Positions 28,497-37,460 of a DNA stretch of 53,369 nucleotides are shown here, one piece after another. The stretch spans positions 1-53,369 of IMG/VR virus record IMGVR_UViG_3300001848_000569. One strand, given 5' to 3'. Both the position numbers and the translations under genes were made by a program. The notes below the pieces were generated by a model that saw only the letters and a list, made by a program, of their open reading frames with translations, was not told the DNA's origin and made no database searches. This stretch comes from a virus. Lineage: Duplodnaviria > Caudoviricetes. Within the stretch, counting starts at the first letter, position 1. Each line of letters begins with the position of its first letter.

Positions 28497-28901
28497 ATGA
28501 AAAGTGTTTATAGAGTAGAACATAGTACTAAGAAGTGTCCGAAAAATAACAAAATTAACACTGGCCCTTATTATTATGCACAAGGATATAAGTCAATAAA
28601 AGATAAACGTATAATTTCGGATAAAGCCAATTATAGTTTAGAACATCCGGGACTTAGACAGGATTATGATATCGTTGTTATAATGTCGAAAAATATTAAA
28701 AATCCACTTTTTGCTTTTCCTTCTATTAATAAAGTCAATGAATGGTTTGATGAAGAATGCAAAAAAATCTTAAAAAGAAATAACTATATTTTAAGAAAAT
28801 ATTTTCTAAAAGATGAATCTATTGTATTATTAGGAGAAAGTAAAAAACAAGTAATATTTACAGAAGATTCTGTAATAAGAAAAAGAAAAATTAACTGGTA
28901 A
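28497..28901 (+). CDS. Conserved phage protein (YRVE...GPY...HP...F.S...WF family)
   Basis: Motif pattern in translation. Confidence 0.55.
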   Translation: MKSVYRVEHSTKKCPKNNKINTGPYYYAQGYKSIKDKRIISDKANYSLEHPGLRQDYDIVVIMSKNIKNPLFAFPSINKVNEWFDEECKKILKRNNYILRKYFLKDESIVLLGESKKQVIFTEDSVIRKRKINW

Positions 28902-28912
28902 AAAAATTAAAG

Positions 28913-29122
28913 ATGGTAACATTCTTAATAGTACTAATATATAATATTATTTATATACATAGTATATTTAACGGAAATATAAAAGATTATTTAAAAGGGT
29001 ATTATTTTAAATCTTCAATTACAACTAATAAAATTATGTATTGGAGATACGGATGGACACCTTTTATTTGGTTATATAATATTTGGGGTATAAGTAGTTT
29101 AATATACTTTATTTTTAAATAA
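28913..29122 (+). CDS. Small membrane protein
   Basis: Two hydrophobic segments. Confidence 0.45.
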   Translation: MVTFLIVLIYNIIYIHSIFNGNIKDYLKGYYFKSSITTNKIMYWRYGWTPFIWLYNIWGISSLIYFIFK

Positions 29123-29129
29123 AATACTT

Positions 29130-29502
29130 GGGCCATACAGGATTCGATAGTAATGATTAAGTAATTGGTTTATACATCGGTTTGGAATATCCCGATTAAT
29201 AAATAAGTTCTGAAAAATAGATGCTAACAATGTTAGACCTATGTTTGCTAAAAAGAAGGTAGCTACTACTTTCTATGCAAAGCGAGTATTGGCAGCTGCT
29301 TAAGTAATTAAGTAGTTCTTAGGAACAGAAAGCCAATAAATAGTTTACTAGTTCTATAAAAACTAGTTGGTGGAGTTTGCTCAATTTCAGGGCAGCCTTT
29401 TATTCTTTTGGAGAGTTAGTAAGATAAAACTCTATCCTAAGTATATAAATAAAACCAATTAATTAGCTTTGCTAGACCCCGGTTCAATTCCGGGATGGTC
29501 CA
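29130..29502 (+). ncRNA. ssrA: tmRNA
   Basis: GGGCCAT/ATGGTCC acceptor with G3:U wobble; GGATTCGA 5' motif; T arm CCCGG-TTCAATT-CCGGG; tag frame 29223-29303 ends LAAA-stop. Confidence 0.93.
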
Positions 29503-29517
29503 CACAAAATTTCTAAT

Positions 29518-30474
29518 ATGAAAAAATTAAATGAAAAATTTAAATTAGGAAAATACGAATGTAAAATTGTATTAGTTAATGATAAAATACCCCTTTTGGG
29601 ATATTTTTTAAGTGAAACTTCTTGGAGAATGTCTAATTGCCTTTTTATACAGTTTGATTTAACATCAGATGACTTGAAAAAAGTATTTCCTAATATAATA
29701 CTTGGAAGTTTTAACCATACTCCTCAATTTAAAACTTTGAAAGAAATTAATGAACTTATTGAGTATTTACAATTATTTGAATTAAAAGTAGGTGATAAAA
29801 TTCAAATGGGAATAAATTTAAAAAATCTGATAAATACAACTTGGTTTTTAAAACAAAAAGAAAAGCAATTAAGTATGAAAAAAGAAAAAAGAGTAATTAC
29901 TCCAGTACAAGCTCAATCTATTATTGATTCTGCTTGCCGTGATTGGAAAGAGAGACTTTGTCTTATATGGGCTGTTAATATTGTTTTGAAAAAGGATATA
30001 GAAATTGCTGAATCTTTTTATCAAGAAATGCGAGCTGCTTGTACCAAAGAACAAAACCTCTTGTTTGATAAAATTTTTGGAAAAGATGTTAAAGTAGGAG
30101 ATAAAGTAATAGTATTACCCGGATCTAGTTATTTTCACCAAAGAAAGATTGGTGGTATATATACTATTGGTTTTTTAGATAGCAACTATTGTCGATTAAC
30201 TAATGAACTTAATGAAATAGATGATAATGGATATATTGAACAAAAATATGTTCGTTTAGCTACTCAGGAAGATATAAATAATTATTGCCCTTATGAAGAT
30301 GGAGAACCCATTTGGGTTCTTGATTTTAATGGAACATGGCTATTCCGTTATTCAAATGGTAAAAGAATTGGTGGTTCAATTCAAACGTATCAAAATCAGA
30401 AAAAGAATGGAGATGGTGCAATTTGGGATAAACATATGAAATTTGATCCTGATAATTTACCAGTTAATGAATGA
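29518..30474 (+). CDS. Hypothetical multi-domain protein
   Basis: 318-aa ORF; LKVGDK and VKVGDKV SH3-like modules. Confidence 0.6.
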   Translation: MKKLNEKFKLGKYECKIVLVNDKIPLLGYFLSETSWRMSNCLFIQFDLTSDDLKKVFPNIILGSFNHTPQFKTLKEINELIEYLQLFELKVGDKIQMGINLKNLINTTWFLKQKEKQLSMKKEKRVITPVQAQSIIDSACRDWKERLCLIWAVNIVLKKDIEIAESFYQEMRAACTKEQNLLFDKIFGKDVKVGDKVIVLPGSSYFHQRKIGGIYTIGFLDSNYCRLTNELNEIDDNGYIEQKYVRLATQEDINNYCPYEDGEPIWVLDFNGTWLFRYSNGKRIGGSIQTYQNQKKNGDGAIWDKHMKFDPDNLPVNE

Positions 30475-30602
30475 TATTTAGTTCTTAATTACTAGTCTGA
30501 CGAACTATCTTATTACTGACTAGTCAAAGGGTAGGTGTGATAAAAACCTTGAACTTATTAGAGTTCTAGTAAGTGGTGAAACCTACATAAACTTGCATTT
30601 TT

Positions 30603-30676
30603 GGTCCCTTAGTTCAGTTGGTTAGAATAGTTGGCTTATATCCAAACGGTCCTAGGTTCAAGTCCTAGAGGGACTA
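30603..30676 (+). tRNA. tRNA-Ile(UAU)
   Basis: GGTCCCT/AGGGACT; TTGG-CT TAT AT-CCAA; TTCAAGT. Confidence 0.85.
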
Positions 30677-30711
30677 CATTAAATACTTTAATAATATTAA
30701 ACTAAAGTACA

Positions 30712-30918
30712 ATGAAAATAGAAAACACTTTAAGGAAAAAAGATGGAGAAGATAAAGAAAAATGCAAAAAGATAACCAAGAATCTTCGTAGAGATATTAA
30801 AAATATCTATAATAAATATAAAGACGTTGATATAGATTATGATATGTTTCATTTAATACTTCTCGATTATTCAAATATGGAAAGAGTAATGAGAATAACA
30901 TTGAATTACAAAAAGTAA
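30712..30918 (+). CDS. Hypothetical protein
   Basis: ORF track; co-directional early cluster. Confidence 0.5.
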   Translation: MKIENTLRKKDGEDKEKCKKITKNLRRDIKNIYNKYKDVDIDYDMFHLILLDYSNMERVMRITLNYKK

Positions 30919-30948
30919 AATATTGGTAAACAACTAAAAACAAAACAA

Positions 30949-31140
30949 ATGACAGTACTTACAGTATTTGGAAAAGACAAATCAGTTCGGGTTGTCCGTA
31001 TTCCCGGTAAAACAAATAATCACTTTAAAGGCGATGATAAAAGTAAAGATTATTTTACAGTTACTACATCAGAAGTAGATAAACTTGCAAAAGATCTTGA
31101 AGGACTTAATTATTTTAGTCATACATGGCAAAGTCATTAA
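30949..31140 (+). CDS. Hypothetical protein
   Basis: A-rich leader; 63 aa. Confidence 0.55.
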   Translation: MTVLTVFGKDKSVRVVRIPGKTNNHFKGDDKSKDYFTVTTSEVDKLAKDLEGLNYFSHTWQSH

Positions 31141-31448
31141 TATGGACTTTAACACACATTATCATTGGCTTAAAGAATGGGGAATTAATCCCATTTTAAT
31201 AGATGAGGATATTGTATTAGAATATAATGCAATAGAATCTTTTGAAAGTGTTTTTTATACTAAACAGTTAAGTGAAAATGTTATTTTACTTGCTAATGAA
31301 GAAACAAGTGATCTTATCCACTATAGATTCTCAGCCAATTGAACCTACTACAACTGATAATATATCTGGATAAATAATTTAATAGAGTTTTATACAATAT
31401 AATAAATTGATGTTAAAGAGTTTTAAAAAAATAATTAAAAAAATAAAG

Positions 31449-31793
31449 ATGAATCTTTTTTATAATAAAGTAATTAATTCACTTAGAGGTGATCAAAAGG
31501 AGCAAACCGCTGCTCGTAATGCTGAATTTGCTCAGGCTGCCCTTCAAACTAAGAAGCAGCAGTTTAATATGGATAAATTGAATGCTCAACAAGCATTGAA
31601 TCAAGCTAAGATTAAGCTTGAAAATGCTAAATACCCAACCAGCAATATTACTGATGTAAGTACTTATTGGAATAACATTTCAGCTTGTCAGAGTGCGGTA
31701 GAAATTGCACAAGAGGAAGTAAATACTGCACAAGCTAATATGGATTACGTAGATTCTCTTATTACTGAAATGTTTGCAGAGGTTACTGCGTAA
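31449..31793 (+). CDS. Coiled-coil protein (start reassigned from 31407)
   Basis: A/Q/N-rich helical sequence from MNLFYNKV. Confidence 0.65.
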   Translation: MNLFYNKVINSLRGDQKEQTAARNAEFAQAALQTKKQQFNMDKLNAQQALNQAKIKLENAKYPTSNITDVSTYWNNISACQSAVEIAQEEVNTAQANMDYVDSLITEMFAEVTA

Positions 31794-31874
31794 TTAAAAA
31801 AATTGTATAAAACTCTTTGTTTTAATGGGGATGAGATATTCTCCATTAATTCTTCACATTTAAATTAAACTAAA

Positions 31875-32099
31875 ATGATATCTAAAACTAAAAATGTTCG
31901 TTCCGTCTATCTTGACGAAAATAATAACTTACGTGTAGATTATACTTGTAAGAATAATAAAGAAGTTCGATCTCTTTCTTATACTTATATAAAAAGGATA
32001 AAAAGGATACCGCCAGCTTTACAAAGAGATATTGCGGGGTCTATTAGTAGTAAACATTGGTCACATTTAATCGGTGTTTTTCAAAAAATATTAAATTAA
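31875..32099 (+). CDS. Hypothetical protein
   Basis: ORF track. Confidence 0.5.
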   Translation: MISKTKNVRSVYLDENNNLRVDYTCKNNKEVRSLSYTYIKRIKRIPPALQRDIAGSISSKHWSHLIGVFQKILN

Positions 32100-32118
32100 T
32101 ATTTAAAAATCATTTATT

Positions 32119-32349
32119 ATGAAAGTAAAACATATTGACAAGCATTTAAATGTTACTGAGATAGATATCTCTTTAACCAAGCCACAACTACGTAGAGAGC
32201 AAAAACACGGTAAATTACAAAATATTTATACTGAAGCTCAATATCAAAGAGCTTTGTATCATCATAGATTTCTTAACCACTTAAAGGATCTAGTTAATGG
32301 TAAAAAGTATAAATATGTGCCAGTTCATATAAATAATAGTGTTCTATGA
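32119..32349 (+). CDS. Hypothetical protein
   Basis: ORF track; ATGA overlap with next gene. Confidence 0.55.
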   Translation: MKVKHIDKHLNVTEIDISLTKPQLRREQKHGKLQNIYTEAQYQRALYHHRFLNHLKDLVNGKKYKYVPVHINNSVL

Positions 32350-32582
32350 CAAAAAGAAACATTTTAAAGTGGCTATTATTTAAAATAGTACTGTCTTTAA
32401 TTTTCATATTGTGGGGAATAGTTGGTTGGAATAGTTATTCAATTGACATTACTAATTCAAATAATAGTTTAAGTATATTTATAGATACTTTAGCTATTGT
32501 AACTGGTGTAGTAAGTGTTATATTTTTAATAGCAAATTTAATAGTTGATATCTCACTATATAAAGAAATAGAAAATGAATGA
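32346..32582 (+). CDS. Two-TM membrane protein
   Basis: Two hydrophobic helices. Confidence 0.55.
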   Translation: MTKRNILKWLLFKIVLSLIFILWGIVGWNSYSIDITNSNNSLSIFIDTLAIVTGVVSVIFLIANLIVDISLYKEIENE

Positions 32583-32636
32583 TTGGTTTACTTTTAACCC
32601 TATTGATTATATAGGTGAAAAGATATGAATAATAAT

Positions 32637-32710
32637 CTTCCCGTAGCTCAGCTGGATAGAGCAAAGCCCTTCTAAGGCAGAGGTCGGGAGTTCAAATCTC
32701 TCCGGGAAGA
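32637..32710 (+). tRNA. tRNA-Arg(UCU)
   Basis: CTTCCCG/CGGGAAG; GCC-CT TCT AA-GGC (only 3 anticodon-stem pairs); TTCAAAT. Confidence 0.85.
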
Positions 32711-32724
32711 CTAAAATTTAAAAT

Positions 32725-32976
32725 ATGATTTATTTAATTCTATACTTTATTCTTACTATTATAACTTACATATTCATTAAAAGATATATAAGGGGTAATG
32801 ATTCTAATTTAGTTAAATGGGAAATATTTGATGGTAATTCTAACTGGGAAAATGTATTAATAACTTTAATATTTTCTTTATTATTTCCTGTATTTTGGAT
32901 TATCCAAGTAATTATTAAAATATGTATTTTTACAAATAAAATTTTAGATAAATATGATCCCCCTAAATGGCTTTAA
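32725..32976 (+). CDS. Two-TM membrane protein
   Basis: Hydrophobic helices; ends PPKWL. Confidence 0.55.
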   Translation: MIYLILYFILTIITYIFIKRYIRGNDSNLVKWEIFDGNSNWENVLITLIFSLLFPVFWIIQVIIKICIFTNKILDKYDPPKWL

Positions 32977-33047
32977 TCTATAAAAATTAAAAAAATGAAA
33001 CATAATTTTCCTGGTTTAAATACTAAAGTACTAGATAAATTTACATT

Positions 33048-33302
33048 ATGAGTGTTGAAGAGTTTAACAATAAGTACAAAGATTATCTTGAAGATAGATA
33101 TTATGGCTTAGCTGTGGATATACCAGAATTTACAGAATGGTTAGATAATAAATTTCAAGAGTTTATTGAATATCCAGGCTTTAAGTATAGACAAATTAAG
33201 TCTAAGTTTAATTATGGGTGTTTTTACTGTACGGGTTTATCACAAGAACAAGTAATAGAAGTTCAAAATAAATTAACAAGTTATTTAAATCAAAAAACAT
33301 GA
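33048..33302 (+). CDS. Hypothetical phage protein (QIK.KF motif)
   Basis: ORF track. Confidence 0.6.
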   Translation: MSVEEFNNKYKDYLEDRYYGLAVDIPEFTEWLDNKFQEFIEYPGFKYRQIKSKFNYGCFYCTGLSQEQVIEVQNKLTSYLNQKT

Positions 33303-33466
33303 TGTGTGGTGTTATTTTATTAATTGTTTATTTAATAGGAATTCCAATTGCATGGGGACACCATCAAGTCCGAAAGGATTAGTTCAGAAAATGGATAGGC
33401 ATAATGCAGGTTCGATTCCTGCCATAACCACAAAAACATAAGTATTTAAAACAAAATCAGTCAGTT

Positions 33467-33730
33467 ATGATAATATTATCTGTAATATTAAGCATTATAA
33501 TTATATTTGGGTCTGCCATATTTTTTGCTAATGGTGCGGCTGCGCTTGTAATAGTAAAGAAAGAAAATCCCAATGTGCTATGGCCTTCTTGGGTATTAAT
33601 TACAGGAGGAATATGTATGCTACTACTTTTTTCTTTAGGTGTAATATTTTGGGTCGAGAAAATTGCAAATACTCCAGATGGTCCTAAATATGAAATTGTA
33701 ACTGAACAATTATATAGACAGGTTAATTAG
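33467..33730 (+). CDS. Two-TM membrane protein
   Basis: Hydrophobic helices. Confidence 0.55.
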   Translation: MIILSVILSIIIIFGSAIFFANGAAALVIVKKENPNVLWPSWVLITGGICMLLLFSLGVIFWVEKIANTPDGPKYEIVTEQLYRQVN

Positions 33731-33803
33731 TAAAAATGAATACACTAATTCGATTATTATTTCCTATTTGGTTTATGTTTGAAGACATTGGTAAAAATAA
33801 GCC

Positions 33804-34046
33804 ATGAAAGATAATTTACAAATATTAATTAAAAGGTTAGTTAAAATTGGCGTTAATATAGAAATTGTTAGCAATGTTCCTTGGGTATATCTATATTCTA
33901 TTAATGGTAAAAAAGTGACAGAAAAAACAGAAGATTCTAATCATGGTTTTAATATTGCTTGGATACCAATTAATCCTAATAAAGAATTGTATTTAACTAA
34001 TACTAAAGAACTATTTCAGTTAATACGAAAATATTTGAAATCATGA
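33804..34046 (+). CDS. Hypothetical phage protein
   Basis: NVPWVYL..INGKKVTE...NHGF motif. Confidence 0.6.
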   Translation: MKDNLQILIKRLVKIGVNIEIVSNVPWVYLYSINGKKVTEKTEDSNHGFNIAWIPINPNKELYLTNTKELFQLIRKYLKS

Positions 34047-34208
34047 ATATCATTAGAACTAGTCATTCAAAACGGTCCAACTTTTATTGGTTAGTTTGTG
34101 CATTAACCAAATTAGTAGATAGTTTAGTTATTTTATGTTCGTTAGGATTTCTATGGAGTGATCTGGAATTTAAGTTTAAAACATTTCATATTCTAAAGGT
34201 TCATAAAA

Positions 34209-34658
34209 ATGATAATAAATAATAATATTACAGAGGCTTATTGTTCTTTTGAAGTAAGTAAATTACTTAAAGAAAAGGGATTTGATATACCTTGTTTTTA
34301 TTACACTGGAAAACATAAGGGTGTGGTTGGATGGAAAGATGTGGAGAATATAGATACTACCTCAGATATATATGAAAATTTTCTTTCAAAAAACTCAGAA
34401 ATAGAAGAGTATTGTTCTTCTATACCAACTCATGCTTTAGCTATTGAGTGGATAAGAGTGAATTTTGGAACACAGTTTCATTTAATTCCTCACTGGATAA
34501 ATGGAATTTGTTATTATAGAATCGGCTGTACATTTATCAATTTTAAGAATGAAGTTGATATGTGGTTATCAAAAATAATTGATGAATTGGTAAATTATAC
34601 TTCTCCACAAGAAGCAACAGAAGCAGCACTTTTACATACACTTCAAAATTTAATCTAG
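34209..34658 (+). CDS. Hypothetical phage protein (SFEVSKLLKEKGF family)
   Basis: Motif; C-terminal YTSPQEATEAAL. Confidence 0.65.
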   Translation: MIINNNITEAYCSFEVSKLLKEKGFDIPCFYYTGKHKGVVGWKDVENIDTTSDIYENFLSKNSEIEEYCSSIPTHALAIEWIRVNFGTQFHLIPHWINGICYYRIGCTFINFKNEVDMWLSKIIDELVNYTSPQEATEAALLHTLQNLI

Positions 34659-35033
34659 ATGAATAAACCCACTATATTTGTCTTTGGCTCCAATACAGAA
34701 GGGAGACATGGAAAAGGAGCAGCTTTAACGGCTAAATTAAAATATGGAGCAATTTATGGACAAGCAAAAGGATTACAAGGAAATTCTTATGCCATTATCA
34801 CAAAAGACTTAGCAAAAGGAAGTAGAAGTGTTTCTTTAGAATTTATTAAAGATCAAGTAAATGAATTTTTATTATTTGCAAAAGAAAACCCACAATATAA
34901 CTTTTTAGTTACTGAGATAGGATGTGGTTTAGCTGGTTTTAAAATAGAAGAAATAGCACCTATGTTTAAAGACTCTCCTACTAATGTTCATCTACCAATA
35001 TCATTTATTAATCAAATTACTAATAATGAATAA
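34659..35033 (+). CDS. Macro-domain-like phage protein (A1S_2505 type)
   Basis: IFVFGSNTEGRHGKGAA...SYAI.T...VTEIGCGLAG. Confidence 0.8.
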   Translation: MNKPTIFVFGSNTEGRHGKGAALTAKLKYGAIYGQAKGLQGNSYAIITKDLAKGSRSVSLEFIKDQVNEFLLFAKENPQYNFLVTEIGCGLAGFKIEEIAPMFKDSPTNVHLPISFINQITNNE

Positions 35034-35309
35034 TTACGAACTCATAAAACAACATGACGAGTCAACTGGCTTCTGTTCATTACAAAATCATCTTCTTTAC
35101 AACCTTCTTATAGAATAAAAATTATTGATAAAAAAGTATTTGAAATTTAATAATCTTAAAAAAGACTTAAAAATGATTAAATATAGTTATTCTTACTGTT
35201 GAAGGCGGCACACTGACAGGATAGAATGAAATGCGAAGAATAGTAGTAAGTAATTCTATTGCCAGCAAGCAAGGTTTGTAGAGTACCGTTAGTAAGAAAC
35301 TCTATATTT

Positions 35310-35390
35310 GGCTCTATGGTGGAATTGGTAGACACGATAGTTTTAGGAACTATTGCTTCAAGCGTAAGAGTTCGAGTCTCTTTGGGGCTA
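35310..35390 (+). tRNA. tRNA-Leu(UAG)
   Basis: ATAGT-TT TAG GA-ACTAT; variable arm; TTCGAGT. Confidence 0.9.
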
Positions 35391-35412
35391 CTAAAAATAA
35401 AAAAATAATCAA

Positions 35413-35769
35413 ATGGGAAATTTATTAGATAATGATTCAGCTTTTTCTAAAAGTTATTTAAAACACTTTTATAAAACTCATCAGGTTAAAAATACTAGTA
35501 CTAATGAAAGTGGTGTTTCTATATATATAGCTCAAGTACAACTAATTAAAAAAGTTAAAACGGTTTTTGAAAATATAACATCTAATGAGTATGAAGAGTT
35601 AGAATTTTCATTAACTAAAATTAATAAACTAATAAGTAAGATTAAAACTATTAATGTTTATGATAAATTAGTTATGTTAGAGGAAAAATTAGATGAATTA
35701 TCATTTAATGAGTTTTTAAAGGTTTTAAGAAATACTCGTAAAACAAGAAAAAATGAAAAACCAAATTAA
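35413..35769 (+). CDS. Hypothetical protein
   Basis: ORF track. Confidence 0.5.
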   Translation: MGNLLDNDSAFSKSYLKHFYKTHQVKNTSTNESGVSIYIAQVQLIKKVKTVFENITSNEYEELEFSLTKINKLISKIKTINVYDKLVMLEEKLDELSFNEFLKVLRNTRKTRKNEKPN

Positions 35770-36202
35770 AAAAATTATATTAGAGGTTATTCCATATGTA
35801 ATATTTTTTATATGGTTTTTATTTATGACATGGATTATTAAATCTTCTGATGAGAATACATCTTATACTAGAAAATCATCTTTATCTTATTTAACAAAGC
35901 AAGATTCTATTTATATCTATATGCTTCATGATTCTATAGATTCTAAAGATATTGTTTATAATCAAATGAGATTAGAAACAGGTAACTTTACTTCAGAATA
36001 CTATAAAAAATATCATAATATGATGGGTTTTGGTGGTATACAACCTTTCAAATTTAAATCTGATAGTGAATGCATATATTATATCCATAAGTGGCAAAAA
36101 ATGGTTCCTAGGGCTTATAATGAATCATATTATGATTATTTAATTAGACGTAGATATGCAGAAGATAAAGAATATATTAATAAACTTAAGCAATTCAATT
36201 AA
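35753..36202 (+). CDS. Membrane-anchored glucosaminidase-like (GH73/lysozyme fold) protein
   Basis: N-terminal TM; QMRLETGN...HNMMG...YAEDKEYINKL. Confidence 0.7.
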   Translation: MKNQIKKIILEVIPYVIFFIWFLFMTWIIKSSDENTSYTRKSSLSYLTKQDSIYIYMLHDSIDSKDIVYNQMRLETGNFTSEYYKKYHNMMGFGGIQPFKFKSDSECIYYIHKWQKMVPRAYNESYYDYLIRRRYAEDKEYINKLKQFN

Positions 36203-36479
36203 ACTTATTTGGTTCCTTCTTTTTAAAGTAAAAATTACAGGAGTTTTAATTAAAGATGATATTCTTTTTGATACTGAAAAAGAAATAATTAAAATATTAA
36301 AAAGATCAGGGTTTACTGAAAATAATAAAGGAGATTGGGTTAAAGGATTTATTAGAGTTAGCTTAACACAAGATGGAGTAATGATTGGTATGACTACTAA
36401 TATTAATAAAAAGTTAATTTTTGTTAGTAACCCCCTATATACTTTACAATCTTGGATTAAATATTTTGAAAGAATATAA
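36156..36479 (+). CDS. Hypothetical protein
   Basis: ORF track. Confidence 0.5.
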   Translation: MQKIKNILINLSNSIKLIWFLLFKVKITGVLIKDDILFDTEKEIIKILKRSGFTENNKGDWVKGFIRVSLTQDGVMIGMTTNINKKLIFVSNPLYTLQSWIKYFERI

Positions 36480-36481
36480 AA

Positions 36482-36850
36482 ATGGAAATAATTTTAATAG
36501 TTATTGATGTTTTATTTACCCATTGAATGGCTGATTTTGTTTTACAAACTGAATGGCAGGCTATAAATAAATGGAATAATAACCTAGCTTTAATAAGTCA
36601 TACTACTAATTATAGCACTTGTTGGCTACCTCTTATTGTAATAATACAATGTATCCATACACACCCTAATTTAGTATGGTTTTTACCTATTACGTTTGTA
36701 TCTCATACTATTACAGATTATTTTACAAGTAAACTTAATCATAAATTATGGGAAAAGAAAAAAGTCTATTCTTTTTTTGTATCAATAGGATTTGATCAAT
36801 TTTTACACATAGTTCAGTTAGTATTAACTTATTATTTTTTAACAATTTAA
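36482..36850 (+). pseudogene. DUF3307-like membrane protein with in-frame TGA at 36524-26
   Basis: MEIILIV...FTH*MADFVLQ...H...SH..TD...GFDQFLH; the family motif H-x-x-A-D-F-x-L-Q spans the stop. Confidence 0.7.
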
Positions 36851-36860
36851 AATATAGAAA

Positions 36861-37232
36861 ATGGTACTCACTAAAATGCAGATAGAGGCATTAACTCAAA
36901 AAATATGTACAGAAATAAATACTATTATTAATAATAAGAATAATATATTAAAGAAAAACAGAGATAAAGAATTTAAAACACATCCTATTCATAAAATAGC
37001 TACTGAATATAATAAACTTATAAAGCAATATAATAATCTATTATTACCTGAGCGTAAACTTTTACAATCACAACGTGAATTACCTACTATTAATCCACGT
37101 AACTTTATCCAAATTGATGAAATACCTTTAGTAAAAGATTCAACCATTAGAAATGATATTGTTATTGCAACGATAGAGTGTGAAAATATTGATGAGATTA
37201 TTAATAAAATCAAAGATAAATACACTAAGTAA
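36861..37232 (+). CDS. Hypothetical protein
   Basis: ORF track. Confidence 0.55.
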   Translation: MVLTKMQIEALTQKICTEINTIINNKNNILKKNRDKEFKTHPIHKIATEYNKLIKQYNNLLLPERKLLQSQRELPTINPRNFIQIDEIPLVKDSTIRNDIVIATIECENIDEIINKIKDKYTK

Positions 37233-37435
37233 TGCTAAATACAAGAAACTTTCTTTTGGTTCTATTATGTATTTTATCGGTAATAATATTTACAATAGGG
37301 CCGGTTAATATAGCAATAATTCTATTCAATCTAAGTGATTATATTTATCTAGTTTTAGGTTTAATAGAATTAATAATAAGTATATATATTGAAATAAGAT
37401 TTTTACAATTTATTATTAAAAAATTAACAAATTAA
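37232..37435 (+). CDS. Two-TM membrane protein
   Basis: Hydrophobic; precedes SPFH gene. Confidence 0.55.
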   Translation: MLNTRNFLLVLLCILSVIIFTIGPVNIAIILFNLSDYIYLVLGLIELIISIYIEIRFLQFIIKKLTN

Positions 37436-37460
37436 AAGTTTAATCATTAAAACAAGAGTT

